From the NCBI GenBank assembly GCA_041738235.1, contig JBGSQF010000012.1, forward strand, positions 10,363-74,362: a stretch of 64,000 bases of DNA, given 5' to 3'. The notes under the pieces were generated by a model, which had not been told where the DNA came from, made no database searches, and saw only the letters and a list, made by a program, of their open reading frames with translations. This stretch comes from Minisyncoccia bacterium. GTDB lineage: Bacteria > Patescibacteriota > Minisyncoccia > Moranbacterales > GCA-2747515. A program made the position numbers and the translations under genes. Below are positions 1 through 7,681 of this stretch, one piece after another (the stretch's first letter is position 1; every line of letters begins with the position of its first letter).

Positions 1-8
1 CGATCTTT

Positions 9-446
9 GTGACGATGACAGCAAAACTCGTTCTCTTTATGGTTACCTCACATCGACAAAATGGAACTTTTACACAAGCGTACAAGGCCTTCGTTGTTCA
101 TATGGGTATGACCTTGATCTACTCTGAAGCCTTGCTGGCCTTCCTCTTCCATATGAAGTCGGTTTTCGTAAGAACCAACAAATTCATTCTCATAAAAATG
201 CCGAGCCTACTAAAAAACTCTTGTGGCGAACTAGTACTTGGTCTCTGGTATATTGCCGGAGCTGGAGCCGCCATCTTATACGGAGAACCTTCGATGGTAA
301 TTGCTTTTCTCATGGCAGCATCAGCGCTATTCTCCATTTACTACATCCACCTGAAGATCTTTCCCACCAAAGCCTATTCCAAAAAGATCCTAGAAAAAGC
401 AGAGAAAAAATATCAACCGTATATAATGAGTAAAATAATCAATTGA
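9..446 (+). CDS. hypothetical integral membrane protein; 5' end may lie upstream of the window
   Basis: ORF starts with GTG at 9 and has no in-frame stop between positions 3 and 9. The translation contains hydrophobic helices (LVLGLWYIAGAGAAILYG, VIAFLMAASALFSIYYIHL). No recognisable family. Confidence 0.4.
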   Translation: MTMTAKLVLFMVTSHRQNGTFTQAYKAFVVHMGMTLIYSEALLAFLFHMKSVFVRTNKFILIKMPSLLKNSCGELVLGLWYIAGAGAAILYGEPSMVIAFLMAASALFSIYYIHLKIFPTKAYSKKILEKAEKKYQPYIMSKIIN

Positions 447-456
447 GTTTGATCTT

Positions 457-1497
457 ATGCGTATCGCTCTTCTTGCTCCACTATGGAAAACTGTGCCCCC
501 GGAAAAATACGGCGGGTCAGAATTAGTAGTAGCCAACCTTGCCCGAGGACTGACCGAACTTGGACACGAAGTCACAACATTCGCCTGTGGAGGATCCAAA
601 GTGTCTGGCGAGCTTGTTTCCGTGATCGATAAACCGATGTATGACCTGGTGGGCAGTTTTGATTGGAAGAACGGGATCAAACAATACGAATTTCTTTCCT
701 ATGAAGCTCTTGGTAAGCGTATTCACGATTTTGATATCGTGCACAATCATATGGGTTTTCATCCGATCGCTCTGGCACCTTGGTCCCCAGTTCCATTCGT
801 AACAACTCTTCATAGCAGTTTGCCACCGGACTTTCCCTATTTGGCAGAAGCCTTCAAAGAATTTCCTTTTGTGTCTATTAGTGACTCTCAAAGGAAACTC
901 GCTCCAGAGCTGAACTATGTCGCAACGGTCTATCATGGGATCGACGTGGATTTCTTTAAACCACGGTTAGAAGGAGCGGGAAATGGGTTTGTTTTTATGG
1001 GAACGCTTTCTTACAACAAAGGTGTCGACATAGCGGTCAAAGCAGCCCACAAACTTGGCGTAAAGCTGACTCTTGCCGGAGAGGTTCGGGAAGACGATCA
1101 AAAATTTCTTGAGAAAGAGGTCTTCCCCTATATCGATGGCGAACGGATCAAATTTATTGGAGAAGCTAACCAACAAGAAAAAAGCCGTTTGTTTGCCGAG
1201 GCTGATGGCGTACTCTTTCCATCGCGCTGGAGTGAAGCGTTCGGACTTGTGATCATTGAGGCGCTTGCTTGCGGAACGCCCGTGATCGCACTCGATAACG
1301 GAGCAGTACCCGAAGTTCTACGTGATGGAATAACTGGCCTTATCATCAAAAAGGAAGACGACCTTGCAGAGGCACTAGAACAAGTAAGTAAGATCTCACG
1401 TACAAATTGCCGCTTAGAGGCCGAACAACGTTTTGATCTCACCTCTATGGCAAGCGGATACGAAGCAGTATACCGATCTCTTATCCACTCAAAATAA
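457..1497 (+). CDS. glycosyltransferase family 1 (GT4-type)
   Basis: N-terminus MRIALLAPLW...YGGSELVVANLARGLTELGHEV. C-terminus has a SRWSEAFGLVIIEALACGTPVIA...DGITGL EX7E-type motif, typical of GT-B/GT4 enzymes. Confidence 0.8.
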   Translation: MRIALLAPLWKTVPPEKYGGSELVVANLARGLTELGHEVTTFACGGSKVSGELVSVIDKPMYDLVGSFDWKNGIKQYEFLSYEALGKRIHDFDIVHNHMGFHPIALAPWSPVPFVTTLHSSLPPDFPYLAEAFKEFPFVSISDSQRKLAPELNYVATVYHGIDVDFFKPRLEGAGNGFVFMGTLSYNKGVDIAVKAAHKLGVKLTLAGEVREDDQKFLEKEVFPYIDGERIKFIGEANQQEKSRLFAEADGVLFPSRWSEAFGLVIIEALACGTPVIALDNGAVPEVLRDGITGLIIKKEDDLAEALEQVSKISRTNCRLEAEQRFDLTSMASGYEAVYRSLIHSK

Positions 1498-1620
1498 TAA
1501 AGATCGCCGTTGTCGCACCCCGGCTACAAGATCGACACCTTTAAAAGATTTCCAAAGTTCTAGAACCCAAGAAGTCCACTCTTAACACGGTCCGTCAGGA
1601 TCAAAAACACTTCTAAATAT

Positions 1621-2070
1621 ATGCCCCTCGATCTCTTTGCTACAACGCCTCTGCCACAAGAGCCACCCGAAGAAATGCGTGCCCTGTTAGCAGATCTCAA
1701 AAGATCGTCCGATCAGATGGATTGTCTGCGCAAGGCCTACGATCTGCTCAACAAAAAATACCGTGGCCACCGAGTCAAAACCTACACAAATATCCTCGAT
1801 GTCTTTCAAAAAGATATTTCTACTTTTTGGAACACAACAGGATTTCTTCACTGTACCAACATCAACTACGTTATGAGGTTTCTACTCATACGAAGCGGGT
1901 TCTTTAAAGAAAGCGACATACGACTCAAATGGACGCTCATCTGGTACATTTCTCCTCATCAATACCTACAGATCAAAACGAATGGCGCTTGGATCAACAT
2001 CGATGTCTGGGCTCATGCGTACGGGATACGATTCGGAGACTACGCTCACGGATTTCATTCTCGATCCTGA
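1621..2070 (+). CDS. transglutaminase-like (Cys-His-Asp) domain protein
   Basis: GFLHCTNINYVMRFLLIRSGFF followed by HQYLQIKTNGAWINIDV resembles the transglutaminase-like cysteine peptidase core (Cys, then His...Asp). Confidence 0.45.
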   Translation: MPLDLFATTPLPQEPPEEMRALLADLKRSSDQMDCLRKAYDLLNKKYRGHRVKTYTNILDVFQKDISTFWNTTGFLHCTNINYVMRFLLIRSGFFKESDIRLKWTLIWYISPHQYLQIKTNGAWINIDVWAHAYGIRFGDYAHGFHSRS

Positions 2071-2209
2071 CCGCCCGCCATACAATATCTTTCAAAATGA
2101 CCATGGACTCCAAGTTTTTTCAATGAAATATTATTGGAAATACAAGGTATCTATATTACAATAATAAAGGAAGTGATCCTATTAGCAAAGTAACTTTAAC
2201 AATAATCCT

Positions 2210-2614
2210 ATGCTCAATGAGTTCAAACAATTTCTACTGCGAGGGAATGTCGTAGACCTAGCAGTTGGTGTCGTAGTAGGTTCTGCATTTGGTGCTATCG
2301 TTGCCGCTTTGGTTGCGGACCTACTCACTCCCCTTATTGCAGCGATCGTTCAGGTTCCCGATTTTGGAGGTATGTCCTTTACCCTCAACGGTAGTGAGTT
2401 TATGTACGGTCACTTTTTGAATGCCCTTATCTCCTTCCTTCTCGTGTCGGGAGCAATATTTTTCTTCGTCGTAAAGCCGATGAACATGCTCATCTCAAGA
2501 TCCAAAAAAGAAACACCAACGGCAACCCCAACAACCAAAAAATGCAAGGAATGTCTCAGTGATATCCCTCTTCAGGCTAAGAGATGCGCTCACTGTGCAC
2601 AAGTTGTTGCCTAG
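2210..2614 (+). CDS. mscL: large-conductance mechanosensitive channel MscL with C-terminal CxxC-X10-CxxC zinc-ribbon extension
   Basis: MLNEFKQFLLRGNVVDLAVGVVVGSAFGAIVAALVADLLTPLI is the canonical MscL TM1 region. C-terminal tail KKCKECLSDIPLQAKRCAHCAQ carries four Cys. Confidence 0.85.
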   Translation: MLNEFKQFLLRGNVVDLAVGVVVGSAFGAIVAALVADLLTPLIAAIVQVPDFGGMSFTLNGSEFMYGHFLNALISFLLVSGAIFFFVVKPMNMLISRSKKETPTATPTTKKCKECLSDIPLQAKRCAHCAQVVA

Positions 2615-2641
2615 GGTTTCTCAGTAAAATATTCTATCCCC

Positions 2642-3040
2642 ATGATGAACACCTACAATTGGTACTCACAACTCATCAAACCTTCCTGGTCACCGCCCTC
2701 ATGGCTCTTTGGACCAGTGTGGACGTTTCTCTATGTTCTTATTGCGATCTCCTTTGGAAAAGTTTTTTTGATGGCATGGAAAAAAGAGATTGCTCTCATG
2801 ATCGCACTCCCTTTCCTGCTCAATCTCCTCTTTAACTTTGCATTCACACCGCTTCAGTTTGGTCTCAAAAACAATCTCCTCGCCGCGATCGACATCCTGC
2901 TTGTCTTGGGAACGCTCATCTGGGCCATGGTAGCCATATTCCCGTACGCACGTTGGATCACATTCATCCAGATCCCCTATCTTCTATGGGTACTTTTTGC
3001 TACCACCTTGCAACTCACCATCACATACCTCAACAAATAA
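2642..3040 (+). CDS. tspO: TspO/MBR family tryptophan-rich sensory protein
   Basis: WYSQLIKPSWSPPSWLFGPVWTFLYVLIAISFG matches the TspO signature (W..L.KP.w.PP.w.F..VW..LY). About 5 TM helices. Confidence 0.7.
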   Translation: MMNTYNWYSQLIKPSWSPPSWLFGPVWTFLYVLIAISFGKVFLMAWKKEIALMIALPFLLNLLFNFAFTPLQFGLKNNLLAAIDILLVLGTLIWAMVAIFPYARWITFIQIPYLLWVLFATTLQLTITYLNK

Positions 3041-3058
3041 ACATTCAATACATACAAT

Positions 3059-3457
3059 ATGTTCATAAAACTCTATCTCATCACCCTTCCTGTGTTCTTT
3101 GCCGTAGATATGATCTGGCTCGGGATCGTAGCAAAGAATTTTTATGCTAGCCAGATCGGCACGCTCATGAAGACCGATATCAACTGGACTGCCGCGATTG
3201 TTTTTTATCTTCTCTTTATCGTCGGCTTAGTGCTTTTTGTTATCTCCCCGGCTCTTGAAAAAAGCTCCTGGACATACGCGCTGTTCTTCGGAGCCCTCTT
3301 TGGTCTTATTACCTACGCCACCTATGACCTCACCAACCTGGCCACACTGAAAGACTGGCCACTGCTCGTTACCATCGTCGATCTTGTTTGGGGCATGACC
3401 CTTGCCGCCCTCGTTTCCACGATCACCTACTTCATCGCATTAAAGATCGGTTTATGA
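3059..3457 (+). CDS. DUF2177-like small membrane protein
   Basis: Four predicted TM helices. Stop overlaps the next start (ATGA at 3454-3457). Family assignment is from memory of DUF2177 sequence character and is weak. Confidence 0.5.
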   Translation: MFIKLYLITLPVFFAVDMIWLGIVAKNFYASQIGTLMKTDINWTAAIVFYLLFIVGLVLFVISPALEKSSWTYALFFGALFGLITYATYDLTNLATLKDWPLLVTIVDLVWGMTLAALVSTITYFIALKIGL

Positions 3458-3560
3458 ATTTCTTCACAACGCTTGCATTCGTGTTGCTTTCGTATATGAC
3501 CCTCTGGTTTTTTGTTTCTCTTGTAAAAAAAGAAATGACATAGCTGATGTCGCTTGGGGC

Positions 3561-4220
3561 TTGGGATTTGTTTTGATGGCGTGGACATCTTTCTTTTTTG
3601 CCGATACTTTCAATAATGTTCGTGGTTTCCTTGTCACTCTCCTTGTCACCGTCTGGGGGATCCGTCTGGCCTGGCATATTCATAAACGCAACCGTGGAAA
3701 AACCGAGGACTACCGATATGCGGAGTGGCGCAAAACATGGAGATGGTTTTATCTGCGATCATACTTTCAAGTCTATGTTCTCCAGGGAACACTCCTCTTC
3801 CTTGTAGTGTTTCCTGTTCTTCTCATCAATCAAATCAATGGCGAATCAATAAACACACTTGACCTCATTGGTCTTTTGGTTTGGCTCATCGGATTCTTTT
3901 TTGAATCCATAGGTGATGCCCAACTGGCACGGTTCATCAAAGATCCGAGCAACAAAGGACGCGTACTACAAAGTGGCCTCTGGAAATTTACCCGACATCC
4001 CAACTACTTTGGTGAAGTTACCCAATGGTGGGGAATCTGGATCTTAGCGCTCAGTGTCCCCAATGGATGGATCGGCATCATAGGACCGCTGACGATAACG
4101 TTCCTGATCCTAAAAGTTTCAGGCATTCCCATGCTGGAGAAAAAGATGATAGAAAATCCGGCGTTTCAGGAATACGCACAAAAGACCAGTATGTTTATTC
4201 CCTGGTTTCCCAAAAAGTAA
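3561..4220 (+). CDS. DUF1295 / steroid 5-alpha-reductase-like membrane protein; N-terminal 30 codons lie in another frame (3454-3543), i.e. frameshifted
   Basis: [21 protein letters not shown] and the overall hydropathy fit DUF1295. Upstream, ATG 3454 encodes [26 protein letters not shown] and then hits a stop. Inserting one A in the A7 run at 3525-3531 joins that segment to ...[20 protein letters not shown]... Confidence 0.7.
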   Translation: MGFVLMAWTSFFFADTFNNVRGFLVTLLVTVWGIRLAWHIHKRNRGKTEDYRYAEWRKTWRWFYLRSYFQVYVLQGTLLFLVVFPVLLINQINGESINTLDLIGLLVWLIGFFFESIGDAQLARFIKDPSNKGRVLQSGLWKFTRHPNYFGEVTQWWGIWILALSVPNGWIGIIGPLTITFLILKVSGIPMLEKKMIENPAFQEYAQKTSMFIPWFPKK

Positions 4221-4242
4221 ATTTGCTATCAAAATACAAACT

Positions 4243-5139
4243 ATGCACAAAGAACCGTTCGCCATTAGGACAATACTTGTGACCCTCATTCCCACCGTCA
4301 TCATTCTGGCAGGCATAGGGTTCTATTTTTCTTCCAGACAAGTTGCACACGCCCCTACACTCCCCGATCCCGTACCAACACCAACACAAGCCTGTACGCA
4401 AGATTCCGACTGCACCGCACCCAATACTATGTGCGAGGCGATCCAAAGTATGGGCGTTACTTCTCCCAACGGCGGACCCACGACCACCACGATCGTCAAA
4501 GGTGTGTGTAAGTCCAAAGAGAATGCCCAATGCCATATAAATTCCGATTGCGTTTCAGGTCTTCTATGTCACAGCAATATGTGTACGGCGCCTATTGGCA
4601 ATGCGTGTAGCGGACCCACAGACACCTCTTGTGGAGAAGGCTATGCATGTACCGAAGATTGCGGACCACCGATCGTTCGTTCCAACGACCCTCCGGTGAC
4701 CAGCTACTCCTGCCAACTCAAAGGATATATGCGCCCCTGTCCGATATGTCTTGCCAAACACACACGTATCAACACACCCACCGGCGAGATCCCCGTGGAA
4801 GCACTTCAAGTGGGTATGTCTGTCTGGACGCTCAACCGTTCCGGAGAGCGTGTCCCGGCTCAGATCCTCAAGACGACACAGACGCCCGTTCCTACCACAC
4901 ACCAAGTCGTTCATATACAACTCAAAGACGGTCGCGAACTGTTCGCCTCACCCAACCACCCTATCGGTGACGGCCGAACCATCGGGAGTCTCTCTATCGG
5001 CGACATCCTGAATGGAAGCCTGGTCACGCTAGCCAAAAGAATTCCCTACCAAGAACAATACACCTACGACATTCTCCCTTCCGGAGACACTGGTCTCTAT
5101 TGGGCAAATGATATACTCCTCGATAGCACCCTTCGTTAA
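4243..5139 (+). CDS. membrane-anchored Cys-rich protein with C-terminal Hint (Hedgehog/intein-like, BIL-type) domain
   Basis: N-terminal TM (ILVTLIPTVIILAGIGFYF) and a Pro/Thr linker. Repeated DSDC/NSDC Cys-rich modules follow. C-terminus from nt 4717 reads CLAKHTRINTPTGEIPVEALQVGMSVW...THQVVHIQLKDGRELFASPNHPI, i.e. Hint block A (C-L-A-x-x-T-x-I) and block B (TxxHP). Confidence 0.6.
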   Translation: MHKEPFAIRTILVTLIPTVIILAGIGFYFSSRQVAHAPTLPDPVPTPTQACTQDSDCTAPNTMCEAIQSMGVTSPNGGPTTTTIVKGVCKSKENAQCHINSDCVSGLLCHSNMCTAPIGNACSGPTDTSCGEGYACTEDCGPPIVRSNDPPVTSYSCQLKGYMRPCPICLAKHTRINTPTGEIPVEALQVGMSVWTLNRSGERVPAQILKTTQTPVPTTHQVVHIQLKDGRELFASPNHPIGDGRTIGSLSIGDILNGSLVTLAKRIPYQEQYTYDILPSGDTGLYWANDILLDSTLR

Positions 5140-5262
5140 TATTCTCCAAAAAGAAAAAGAGCTCCATGACGAGGCATGAAGTCTTTTTTTTGAGTCGCAC
5201 GTCCCTGTGCAACTCGCGGAAATCGTGATAGACCTCCTTGTTCTTTTTTTCGTTCTTATGCT

Positions 5263-5727
5263 TTACTTCTTGTATTGGTCCGATCCCACCTGATCGACGA
5301 GCCCAGAGAACCGCAGGCGAGTCTCCCTCGAAACCTCGTGTGTGGCAAACCAAAACACGAGATCATCGGGATTGAGCGTGTGCCCCTCCGCCAAAGTCAC
5401 CAATTCGGCAAACCGAGTGTGACAAATGGCAAAGAAGATTTGGTAGGATGCCCACGACTCATCCGTGATGCGTCCCTGCAAACGAGCATACAGGTGTGCG
5501 TGTTGCTTCCGAAAGCGGTCCAAGCCCCCGTAGGCGACCCACTGCTCCACAAGATCGTGCAGGTCAGGCTCCTTCCCAAGGCGCATCCGTGCGCAGTTCC
5601 GGTTGAACTGGCTCAGAACCTGCCATTCCTGAGCCAACCAAACCATATAGAGGACTCGAACATCTCCATGCGAATCCCAGATCTCCTTTGCCACCGGATC
5701 GATCAACTGAAGTCTCTTGGCTAGCAT
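5263..5727 (-). CDS. hypothetical protein (possibly DinB_2-like His-rich helical protein)
   Basis: Balanced, protein-like composition with several His (HGD, HAHLY, CHTRF, EGHT, THEV). Noticeably GC-richer than neighbours. The overlapping + strand ORF looks like a shadow. Confidence 0.4.
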   Translation of the reverse strand: MLAKRLQLIDPVAKEIWDSHGDVRVLYMVWLAQEWQVLSQFNRNCARMRLGKEPDLHDLVEQWVAYGGLDRFRKQHAHLYARLQGRITDESWASYQIFFAICHTRFAELVTLAEGHTLNPDDLVFWFATHEVSRETRLRFSGLVDQVGSDQYKK

Positions 5728-5835
5728 GGCGCACCTCCTCAGGGCACCGTTGTGAAAAAGCTTGTATACCTATTATTCACCCGATATCGGTTCTCGTCAA
5801 AGAAGTTATGCACCTTTTGAAAACAAAAAATACTT

Positions 5836-6648
5836 TCATCGGAAGAACCCTTCAGACATTTCGACAAGCTCTTTGTCCTTTATATATTCAAATAGTGTGA
5901 ACAGACATTCATCACTTTGAAGCATATTTTTCTCAAGAAATTGGACCAAAACCTCCCTTGTTCTTTCAAGAGCAACAACCTCCCCAAACTCCGGAATGCC
6001 CCCTCTTTCAGCGAGATCATGTGCAAACGTTTCATACCGCCCCATAAACTCCGAACTTGATTCAAGAAGACCGACCTTGTATACAATTGCCATTTTATCA
6101 GTAGGACCACCTTCCTTAAAATAGACCTCCCGAAAAGATCCAACTCGTTCCGTATCTGTTACGTCGATGCCCAGCTCTTCCTCAAGCTCTCTCTGTATGT
6201 TGTGTTGAAGGTCAAACATATTTCCCTTGAGATCATTATCATCGATCCCGCCACCACACATCTGATATATTCCAGCGCGTGATGTGTGTGCACCCATTCT
6301 CCCAAAGATCACCGCATTATCCAATGTTTCCACAAGTGCCGCAGTATGAATAATATGCACACCATATTCCCCAAGAGGATCTACATCCTGACAATATAAG
6401 TAATGCGCATAATCCGTCTTTTCCACCAAGAGCTCGACGCGCTCTTCAGTTTCGCTCTTTTTTACAACGGTCAAAACTTCCCCGCGTGTATATTTCTTTC
6501 CGCTTCGCACTAGATCTTCCCAATATGCGTCGATCTTCTCTTGTATATCTTGCGGAAGTTCAATGCTCTTTTGGCCAAAAAGTACAACGATCTCTTTGGT
6601 GATTGGAGAAATAACAGAAGGGTTCATACAATGTTTTTTATAGAGCAC
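5836..6648 (-). CDS. NUDIX hydrolase
   Basis: Nudix box GGGIDDNDLKGNMFDLQHNIQRELEEELGI (GX5EX7REUXEEXGU). Confidence 0.8.
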   Translation of the reverse strand: MLYKKHCMNPSVISPITKEIVVLFGQKSIELPQDIQEKIDAYWEDLVRSGKKYTRGEVLTVVKKSETEERVELLVEKTDYAHYLYCQDVDPLGEYGVHIIHTAALVETLDNAVIFGRMGAHTSRAGIYQMCGGGIDDNDLKGNMFDLQHNIQRELEEELGIDVTDTERVGSFREVYFKEGGPTDKMAIVYKVGLLESSSEFMGRYETFAHDLAERGGIPEFGEVVALERTREVLVQFLEKNMLQSDECLFTLFEYIKDKELVEMSEGFFR

Positions 6649-6764
6649 AATACTATTTTATAGTATCATACCACATACCGATGAAGCGACCAGAAAAAAT
6701 AGTATTCAATAAACCATCCCCTATGCCATTTTTAAAAGGGCCTCACATTCTAGTGATGACCCTT

Positions 6765-7391
6765 TCATTGCTTCTTTTCCCTCCTCTCTCTGTTGAGTTT
6801 TCGATGCGCTCTTCGGAGCGCTCTGACCAGTGTCACCCGGTACAGTTCCCGCCACCTGAGCATACGGGTGTGCCAACGTTCTGCACGCATACGGACCGTT
6901 CTGAGTGCACGTAGGATCGCCCGTCCAAATGCATACTTGATCAACTCCCTGGAAATAATGCTGACCATCAGATCAAGTGCCCATATGACCGGTCGCATAA
7001 CACCCAAGAAAAGCATCACACTCCAGACAATGACCCCTACAGTCAGTACGACCGCCATGGTGTACAGTACGTACAAGATCGGGTGTTGCTTACGGAGCCA
7101 GTCGAAAAACCTCGTTCGGAGCTCGGCCACCCTGTTCTTGATCAGGGCCATTCTCCACGATGAAGCGAAGAAAACACCGATCGACACAAGGCCATTGAAT
7201 ACCCATTTCGTAATGAGCTTTTTCATCCCCATCAGAAAGATCGTCAGAAGACCCTTCTTCACGAAATAGCTCTTTACTAGATAGGCACCAGCGAACACCA
7301 ACCCTTGTAGGAGATATCCATTTGTTGCCACCAGGACCACAACGATCGTCAGCCCCGCAGTGAGGGCTACGATGCGCAATTTGCTCATCAT
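6765..7391 (-). CDS. hypothetical membrane protein with Arg-rich C-terminus
   Basis: Four or more TM helices; C-terminal RALRTVRMRAERWHTRMLRWRELYR... Confidence 0.5.
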   Translation of the reverse strand: MMSKLRIVALTAGLTIVVVLVATNGYLLQGLVFAGAYLVKSYFVKKGLLTIFLMGMKKLITKWVFNGLVSIGVFFASSWRMALIKNRVAELRTRFFDWLRKQHPILYVLYTMAVVLTVGVIVWSVMLFLGVMRPVIWALDLMVSIISRELIKYAFGRAILRALRTVRMRAERWHTRMLRWRELYRVTLVRALRRAHRKLNRERREKKQ

Positions 7392-7477
7392 TCACCCCCA
7401 ATTGGCTTTGCAAAAAAAATAGACGTACTACACGTCTATGTATAATTATAACATATTTTTGCATTTAAGTCAATATC

Positions 7478-7565
7478 CCATTCCTTCCTCCTTCCGACTT
7501 TCCAACTTCCTGACCTTATAGACTTTACAGACTTTCAACTTTATAAACTTCCCGACCTTCTCTTT
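7478..7565 (+). repeat. phased ACTTT/GACTTT short-repeat array, copy R1
   Basis: CCGACTTTCCAACTTCCTGACCTTATAGACTTTACAGACTTTCAACTTTATAAACTTCCCGACCTTC. ACTT(T)/ACCTT recurs every 8-10 bp. Confidence 0.7.
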
Positions 7566-7571
7566 CCCCAT

Positions 7572-7616
7572 AAAAAAACGACCGGGGAGCATTGCACTCC
7601 TAGGTCGTCGTCGTTT
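7572..7616 (-). terminator. rho-independent terminator downstream of the M23 peptidase gene
   Basis: On the minus strand: AAACGACGACGACC...GGTCGTTTTTTT. A GC stem (ACGACC/GGTCGT with an inner GGGGAG/CTCCCC pairing) followed by a T7 run. Confidence 0.5.
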
Positions 7617-7681
7617 GCCACATAGTCACCTCCGTCGAGCTTCCTTGCTCTGTCAAACGGTATTGGTAGTGGCGATGTAAG

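Noticed and set aside
523-1442. Minus-strand ORFs 523..936, 967..1176 and 1128..1442 overlapping the GT4 gene
   Set aside because: They are antisense shadow ORFs of a well-supported GT4 CDS. Their translations are low-complexity or implausible.
5140-5262. Terminator downstream of the Hint-domain gene (T8 run at 5178-5185)
   Set aside because: T-runs are present, but the preceding stem (CATGACGAGGCATG) is weak, so it was not annotated as a feature.
5275-5724. Plus-strand ORF 5275..5724 (149 aa) exactly antisense to 5263..5727
   Set aside because: Its translation is Pro-rich and irregular. The minus-strand product has protein-like composition with Trp and His patterns. Only one can be real.
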